Shown one piece after another: positions 15,010 to 20,000 of a stretch of 20,000 nt of DNA. Source of the DNA: an uncultured virus (IMG/VR IMGVR_UViG_3300017751_000009) (taxonomy: Duplodnaviria > Heunggongvirae > Uroviricota > Caudoviricetes); IMG/VR virus record IMGVR_UViG_3300017751_000009, one strand, 5' to 3'. The notes beneath the pieces are model-generated. The model ran no database searches and was not told where the DNA came from. It saw nothing but the letters and a program-made list of their open reading frames with translations. The position numbers and the translations under genes are program-made. How positions within the stretch are numbered: the stretch's first letter is position 1; the number at the start of each line of letters is the position of its first letter.

Positions 15010-15381
15010 ATGAAATTCCATGAATTGAACGATAGCAACTATCTCCTTTTTGCAATTAAGAATTATGATAATCCTCAAGCAGTCACTGAGGATGATTTCT
15101 ATGATGATCTTAAAAGAATTAAGTACATAAAAAGACTATTGAAAAGGTATAAGAATAGTGGTGAGCTCAGAACTCACCTCATTCTAAACCACTTCATAGT
15201 CCTTTTTAATGTTTTTGGTGATGCTGGAGTTCCCCTCTTATATTTTAAATTAGATAAAGAACTTTGGTCGTGTACCAAAAGTTTTTTGACATACCTTGGT
15301 AGAGTTCCTGAGTTTCCTCGCACGGAACTAAATAGTATTATTGATGATGATTACTGTCTAGAACAGCTAAGAGCAGTCTAA
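15010..15381 (+). CDS. Conserved hypothetical T4-like phage protein
   Basis: FAIKNYDNPQ...FYDDLKRIKYIKRLLKRY...LILNHFIVLFNVFG, a family I recall upstream of primase in T4-like phages. Confidence 0.85.
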   Translation: MKFHELNDSNYLLFAIKNYDNPQAVTEDDFYDDLKRIKYIKRLLKRYKNSGELRTHLILNHFIVLFNVFGDAGVPLLYFKLDKELWSCTKSFLTYLGRVPEFPRTELNSIIDDDYCLEQLRAV

Positions 15382-15572
15382 TGGATCGCCGCTTAAAAAA
15401 AATCATTAATATAGTAGAAGAAATGATGGCTGCAAATGCAGTCGGAAAATCTGGTGGATTTTCTGATACTTCCGATCCTAAAGGTCCGGTTGCTGGAAAG
15501 CATGTTTATTTGGGCAGAGGCTCAAGAAAAAGGTGGATGAAAGATCGCACTAAGAAAAATGGAAATGGATAA
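15381..15572 (+). CDS. Small basic hypothetical protein (63 aa)
   Basis: TAATG-coupled to the upstream gene; IVEEMMAANAVG...GPVAG; CTAAATA at 15328-15334 upstream. Confidence 0.7.
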   Translation: MDRRLKKIINIVEEMMAANAVGKSGGFSDTSDPKGPVAGKHVYLGRGSRKRWMKDRTKKNGNG

Positions 15573-15948
15573 CCAAATTAACTCCGCTATCCTAGAAAGA
15601 TTAGAAAAAGTAGTTGACTCACTTCAGGATAATTCTATCCAGATGGGTAAACTTCTTGCTGTCCATAATGAGAAATTAGATACACAAGATAGAGTTGATG
15701 AAATTTTATTTGAAAAATTAGATAGGTTATCTGCAGATCTTAACAGAGAAACTGATGCAATTAAGAAGGGATGTGAAAGAGACATCCGCCTTATTGATGA
15801 TAGACTTAGAGTCTTAGAAAAGAAGATGTGGAGTGTTGCAGGAGCTCTTGCTGTCATCAGTGTCTTGATATCGCCAGTTGGAAGTAGAGTTGTTGGAAAT
15901 ATCTTGACGAATGGAGAACCACCTGCTAGAATGGCACCAGGCAACTAG
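15559..15948 (+). CDS. Coiled-coil protein with a C-terminal transmembrane segment
   Basis: Heptad-like Leu/Ile pattern followed by hydrophobic MWSVAGALAVISVLISPVG; the start could be 15565. Confidence 0.75.
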   Translation: MEMDNQINSAILERLEKVVDSLQDNSIQMGKLLAVHNEKLDTQDRVDEILFEKLDRLSADLNRETDAIKKGCERDIRLIDDRLRVLEKKMWSVAGALAVISVLISPVGSRVVGNILTNGEPPARMAPGN

Positions 15949-15956
15949 TCTGATGA

Positions 15957-16925
15957 ATGGACCTAATTGATTCTAAGTATATTGGTCTAGTATCAGCGAG
16001 ACTTGGTAAGTTCAAGAGGGTAAAGTCAGACCTCTATAACTTTCGTTGCCCTATCTGTGGAGATTCTCAACGCTATAAGAATAAAGCGCGTGGGTATATC
16101 TATTCAGTAAAGAACAACACTAATTTTAAGTGCCACAATTGTGGTGCTTCGATGTCGTTTAATAACTTTTTGAAGAAGATCGATACGACTCTTCAAAAGA
16201 AGTATGCCATAGAAAAATTCAAAGAAGGATTTACTGGAAAAACTTTTACCACTGAGGAACCTACATTCGTTTTTGAAAAACCTACATTCCAATCCAGCAT
16301 CACTCTTCCTCTTTGTAGTGAGGTGGAAGTTGGTAGAACCTATTTACAAAAGCGTGGAATTGACCCCACCAAATTTTACTTTGCGGAAAAGTTTAAGTCC
16401 TTTGCTAATTCATATAAGCAAGTTTTTACAAGCACTGCTAGTGAAGAGTCTCGCATTATAATTCCTTTGTTTTATAATCGTAACTTAATTGGGTTTCAGG
16501 GCAGAGCTCTAGGTTCTAGTAAGGTTAAATATATCACTGTAATGCTCGATGACAATGCACCCAAAATTTATGGAATTGACACAATCGATAAAGACCTACC
16601 AGTCTATGTGGTCGAAGGACCCTTTGACAGCACTTTCCTCAACAATAGTGTGGCTTTATGTGGCGCTGACGGTAACCTTAGTTGTCTTGAGGGAAGCGAT
16701 TGCGTTTATACTTTTGATAACGAGCCCCGTAATGGCGAGATTGTTGGACGCATCGGAAGAGCTATATCTAGAGGCGAGAAAGTCGTCATCTGGCCAAGCA
16801 GAATTAAAGAGAAAGACTTGAATGATATGTCATTGAGTGGCATTAATGTAAAGGATGTGGTAGAATCACATACATACTCAGGTCTAGAAGCACAAGTTAA
16901 ATTTACAGAGTGGAAGAAGGTATGA
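15957..16925 (+). CDS. gp61: DNA primase (T4 gp61-like)
   Basis: Zinc finger CPICGD...CHNC, FQGR, TOPRIM VVEGPFDS and FDNEPRN, KDLND. Confidence 0.97.
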   Translation: MDLIDSKYIGLVSARLGKFKRVKSDLYNFRCPICGDSQRYKNKARGYIYSVKNNTNFKCHNCGASMSFNNFLKKIDTTLQKKYAIEKFKEGFTGKTFTTEEPTFVFEKPTFQSSITLPLCSEVEVGRTYLQKRGIDPTKFYFAEKFKSFANSYKQVFTSTASEESRIIIPLFYNRNLIGFQGRALGSSKVKYITVMLDDNAPKIYGIDTIDKDLPVYVVEGPFDSTFLNNSVALCGADGNLSCLEGSDCVYTFDNEPRNGEIVGRIGRAISRGEKVVIWPSRIKEKDLNDMSLSGINVKDVVESHTYSGLEAQVKFTEWKKV

Positions 16926-19213
16926 CCAACGGAACTAAGGTTCGTAAGAGATCAGGAGCATTAGAGGTTCTTGATCTAAACAAGATGCATAAGATGGTAG
17001 AAGAGGCATGTAAGGATCTTGCCAGTGTTTCTGCGTCTCAGATTGAAATCAATTCTGGTATTCAATTCTATGACGGCATAACAACAGCAGAGATTCAGGA
17101 GATCCTAATTCGCTCTGCTTCCGATCTTATTGATCTAGACAACCCCAACTATCAATTCGTCGCAGCTAGACTGCTTCTGTTCGCTCTGAGGAAGCAATTG
17201 TGGGGTCGTATGCATGAGCATCCTTCCCTGGGTGATCATGCCCAGCAATGTGTCCTTAGAGGAATCTACGACAAATATTTCTTCATTCACTATAGTGATG
17301 AGGAGATTGAAAAGATGGACTCCTTCATCGACCATGAACGGGACATGTTATTTACATATGCTGGACTTAGGCAGGTTGTGGATAAATACCTAGTGCAAGA
17401 TCGTAGTGCTGGGGAAGTTTATGAAACTCCTCAATTCATGTACATGATGATTGCTGCAACTGTGTTTGCTGAATACCCCAAGGATGTACGGTTAGATTAT
17501 GTCAGAAGATACTACGAAGCAATCAGCAAGCACAAGATCAACATCCCAACACCAATCATGGGAGGAGTGCGGACACCCCTGCGTCAATTTGCATCTTGTG
17601 TTCTCGTTGATGTTGATGACACCCTCGATAGCATCTTTAGCAGCGATATGGCTATTGGTAAATATGTCGCACAAAGGGCTGGTATCGGTATTAACGCAGG
17701 CAGAATTCGTGGCATCAATTCTAAGATTAGAGACGGCGAGGTACAACACACAGGTGTTGTCCCCTTCCTTAAAAAGTTTGAATCAACTGTCAGATGCTGT
17801 ACACAAAACGGTATCAGAGGTGGTTCTGCTACAGTTCACTTTCCTATCTGGCATAAAGAAATCCAAGACATAATTGTCTTGAAAAATAATAAAGGCACTG
17901 AAGATAATCGTGTTCGTAAACTGGATTATAGTATTCAGATTAGTAAACTTTTCTACGAGAGATTCATCTCTAATGGACAAATCACACTCTTCAGCCCTCA
18001 TGATGTTCCGGGTCTGTATGATGCTTTTGGTACTGATTCATTTGACGCTCGCTATGTGGACTATGAATCAGATAGAACTATTCCGAGACAAACTATATCG
18101 GCTCAAGAGCTATTCTTAAGTCTTCTCAAGGAGAGAGCAGAGACGGGTCGTATTTACATTATGAATATCGATCACTGCAACTCTCACTCATCCTTCAAAG
18201 ACAAGGTAGAGATGAGTAATTTATGTCAGGAAATTACTCTCCCAACCAAACCTCTTCAGCACATTGATGATCCTAATGGAGAGATTGCTCTTTGTATTCT
18301 TTCTGCTATTAACATTGGCAAGCTTCGTAACTTAGATGAATTGGAAGAACTGTGTGATCTTTCTGTTCGTGGATTGGATGCACTGATTGATTTCCAAGGT
18401 TATCCTGTTAAGGCTGCTGAAATTGGTACTAAGAATCGTCGTTCTTTGGGTGTTGGATTTATTGGTCTCGCACATTATCTTGCACGGAATAAGGTAGGGT
18501 ATGATAGTCCTGAAGCATGGAGTCTTGTCCACGACCTTACAGAAGCTTTCCAATACTATCTACTGAAATCATCTAACCAGTTGGCTAAAGAACTAGAACC
18601 TTGTGGATATTTTGATAGGACTAAGTATTCTTCTGGTATTCTTCCAATTGATACATATAAGACAGAAGTAGATGGTATTGTACCTCATAACCTGAAGTAT
18701 GATTGGGAAAGTCTTAGAGAATCTATCGTATCCTACGGACTTAGGAACTCAACACTGTCCGCACAGATGCCTTCGGAGAGTAGTTCCGTTGTGTCAAACG
18801 CAACCAATGGAATCGAGCCTCCTCGTGGATACCTGTCCGTTAAGAAGTCCAAGAAAGGACCTCTTAAGCAGATTGTCCCCCAGTACAATACTCACAAATC
18901 CCATTATACCCTTCTCTGGGATATGGAATCTAATGAGGGGTATATTAAGATTGTCGCCGTGATGCAGAAATTCTTTGATCAGGCAATTTCTGGTAACTGG
19001 AGCTACAATCCAGAGAACTATAAGGACAACGAGGTCCCCGTTTCTGTGATGGCAAATGATCTCTTGACTACATATAAGTACGGTTGGAAGACTAGCTATT
19101 ATCAGAACACCTACGACAACAAGAATGATGATTTAGAAGAAGAAAAACCAGATCTCAATACGCTATTAAACAGTCTAACTAAAGAAGAGGAGTGTGACGC
19201 CTGTGCAATTTAG
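16922..19213 (+). CDS. nrdA: Ribonucleotide reductase class Ia alpha subunit
   Basis: ATP cone (VRKRSG...), RQFASCVL, SNLCQEI, TSYY, C-terminal CDAC. ATG at 16922 overlaps the primase stop (ATGA). Confidence 0.98.
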   Translation: MTNGTKVRKRSGALEVLDLNKMHKMVEEACKDLASVSASQIEINSGIQFYDGITTAEIQEILIRSASDLIDLDNPNYQFVAARLLLFALRKQLWGRMHEHPSLGDHAQQCVLRGIYDKYFFIHYSDEEIEKMDSFIDHERDMLFTYAGLRQVVDKYLVQDRSAGEVYETPQFMYMMIAATVFAEYPKDVRLDYVRRYYEAISKHKINIPTPIMGGVRTPLRQFASCVLVDVDDTLDSIFSSDMAIGKYVAQRAGIGINAGRIRGINSKIRDGEVQHTGVVPFLKKFESTVRCCTQNGIRGGSATVHFPIWHKEIQDIIVLKNNKGTEDNRVRKLDYSIQISKLFYERFISNGQITLFSPHDVPGLYDAFGTDSFDARYVDYESDRTIPRQTISAQELFLSLLKERAETGRIYIMNIDHCNSHSSFKDKVEMSNLCQEITLPTKPLQHIDDPNGEIALCILSAINIGKLRNLDELEELCDLSVRGLDALIDFQGYPVKAAEIGTKNRRSLGVGFIGLAHYLARNKVGYDSPEAWSLVHDLTEAFQYYLLKSSNQLAKELEPCGYFDRTKYSSGILPIDTYKTEVDGIVPHNLKYDWESLRESIVSYGLRNSTLSAQMPSESSSVVSNATNGIEPPRGYLSVKKSKKGPLKQIVPQYNTHKSHYTLLWDMESNEGYIKIVAVMQKFFDQAISGNWSYNPENYKDNEVPVSVMANDLLTTYKYGWKTSYYQNTYDNKNDDLEEEKPDLNTLLNSLTKEEECDACAI

Positions 19214-20000
19214 AACTAACGCTGACACCATGCCCAAAACAAATGTGCAAGGGATGACAGTTTTTAATACGAACGATCATGCAACCAAAAAACAACCAAT
19301 GTTTTTTGGTGCTCCTCTTGGAGTTCAAAGATATGATTCGTATAAGTATCCTGTATTTGATCGACTGACTACTCAACAACTGGGATACTTTTGGAGACCT
19401 GAGGAGGTTTCTCTACAAAAAGATCGTGGTGATTATCAACTACTTCGTCCAGAACAAAAGCATATCTATACTTCTAACTTAAAGTATCAGATCATGCTTG
19501 ATTCTATTCAGGGTCGTGGTCCTGGTATGGCGTTCAGTCCATACTGTTCCCTTCCTGAATTGGAAGCATGTATGAATGCTTGGCAGTTCATGGAGATGAT
19601 TCATAGTAGATCTTACACATACATTATCAAGAATGTTTATAGTGATCCCTCAGAGATCTTTGATACTATCATTCATGATGAAAGGATCTTAGAACGGGCT
19701 AGGTCGATCACACAAGCATATGATGACTTCATCAATGCTGCTCAACAGTATGGTGGTACTAATGAATGGCAACATGCACAAGAAGGTGCTGGAACATTTA
19801 GAGAATCTCGTTATGAACTCAAAAGAAAACTCTTCCGTGCTGTAGCAAATGTCAATATTCTCGAAGGCATCAGGTTCTATGTCTCGTTCGCTTGCTCGTT
19901 TGCGTTTGGTGAACTCAAGCTTATGGAAGGATCCGCTAAAATTATCTCTCTCATCGCAAGAGACGAAAACCTCCATCTTGTCATTACTCAAAACATCCTC
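19203..20000 (+). CDS. nrdB: Ribonucleotide reductase class Ia beta subunit (partial, runs off the window; absent from the ORF track)
   Basis: Manual translation from GTG 19203 (alternative ATG 19230): ...MTVFN...KQPMFFGAPLGVQRYD...FWRPEEVSLQKDR...LDSIQGRG...EMIHSRSY...LEGIRFYVSF...IARDENLH. Confidence 0.96.
   Translation, partial: MQFRTNADTMPKTNVQGMTVFNTNDHATKKQPMFFGAPLGVQRYDSYKYPVFDRLTTQQLGYFWRPEEVSLQKDRGDYQLLRPEQKHIYTSNLKYQIMLDSIQGRGPGMAFSPYCSLPELEACMNAWQFMEMIHSRSYTYIIKNVYSDPSEIFDTIIHDERILERARSITQAYDDFINAAQQYGGTNEWQHAQEGAGTFRESRYELKRKLFRAVANVNILEGIRFYVSFACSFAFGELKLMEGSAKIISLIARDENLHLVITQNIL

Noticed and set aside
16922..20000. Mobile intron/homing endonuclease in nrdA-nrdB or an unusual RNR subclass
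   Set aside because: nrdA is uninterrupted, nrdB overlaps it directly, and the visible diiron ligands and radical Tyr (D, ExxH..Y, E, DExxH) are standard class Ia.

Overview
This is a 20 kb, gene-dense, all plus-strand segment of a T4-like myovirus, most likely a marine cyanophage (Synechococcus/Prochlorococcus type). It carries the core replication block: regA, hsp20, two small paralogous ORFs, DNA polymerase gp43, uvsX, helicase gp41, mazG, a late-promoter-driven block of probable virion proteins (including a cytidylyltransferase-like protein), primase gp61, nrdA and a partial nrdB. Accessory ORFs are interspersed: two 2OG-Fe(II) oxygenase-like genes, a possible PD-(D/E)xK-like protein and a metallo-hydrolase-like partial ORF. 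The least explained part is a self-contained cassette between regA and hsp20 (about 1097-2425). It has a short structured non-coding unit, a terminator with a sigma70 promoter embedded in it, a leader RNA with a GNRA hairpin and a clean H-type pseudoknot, a ParB/Srx-domain ORF and its own terminator. All calls come from reading motifs by eye; no database searches or folding programs were run.
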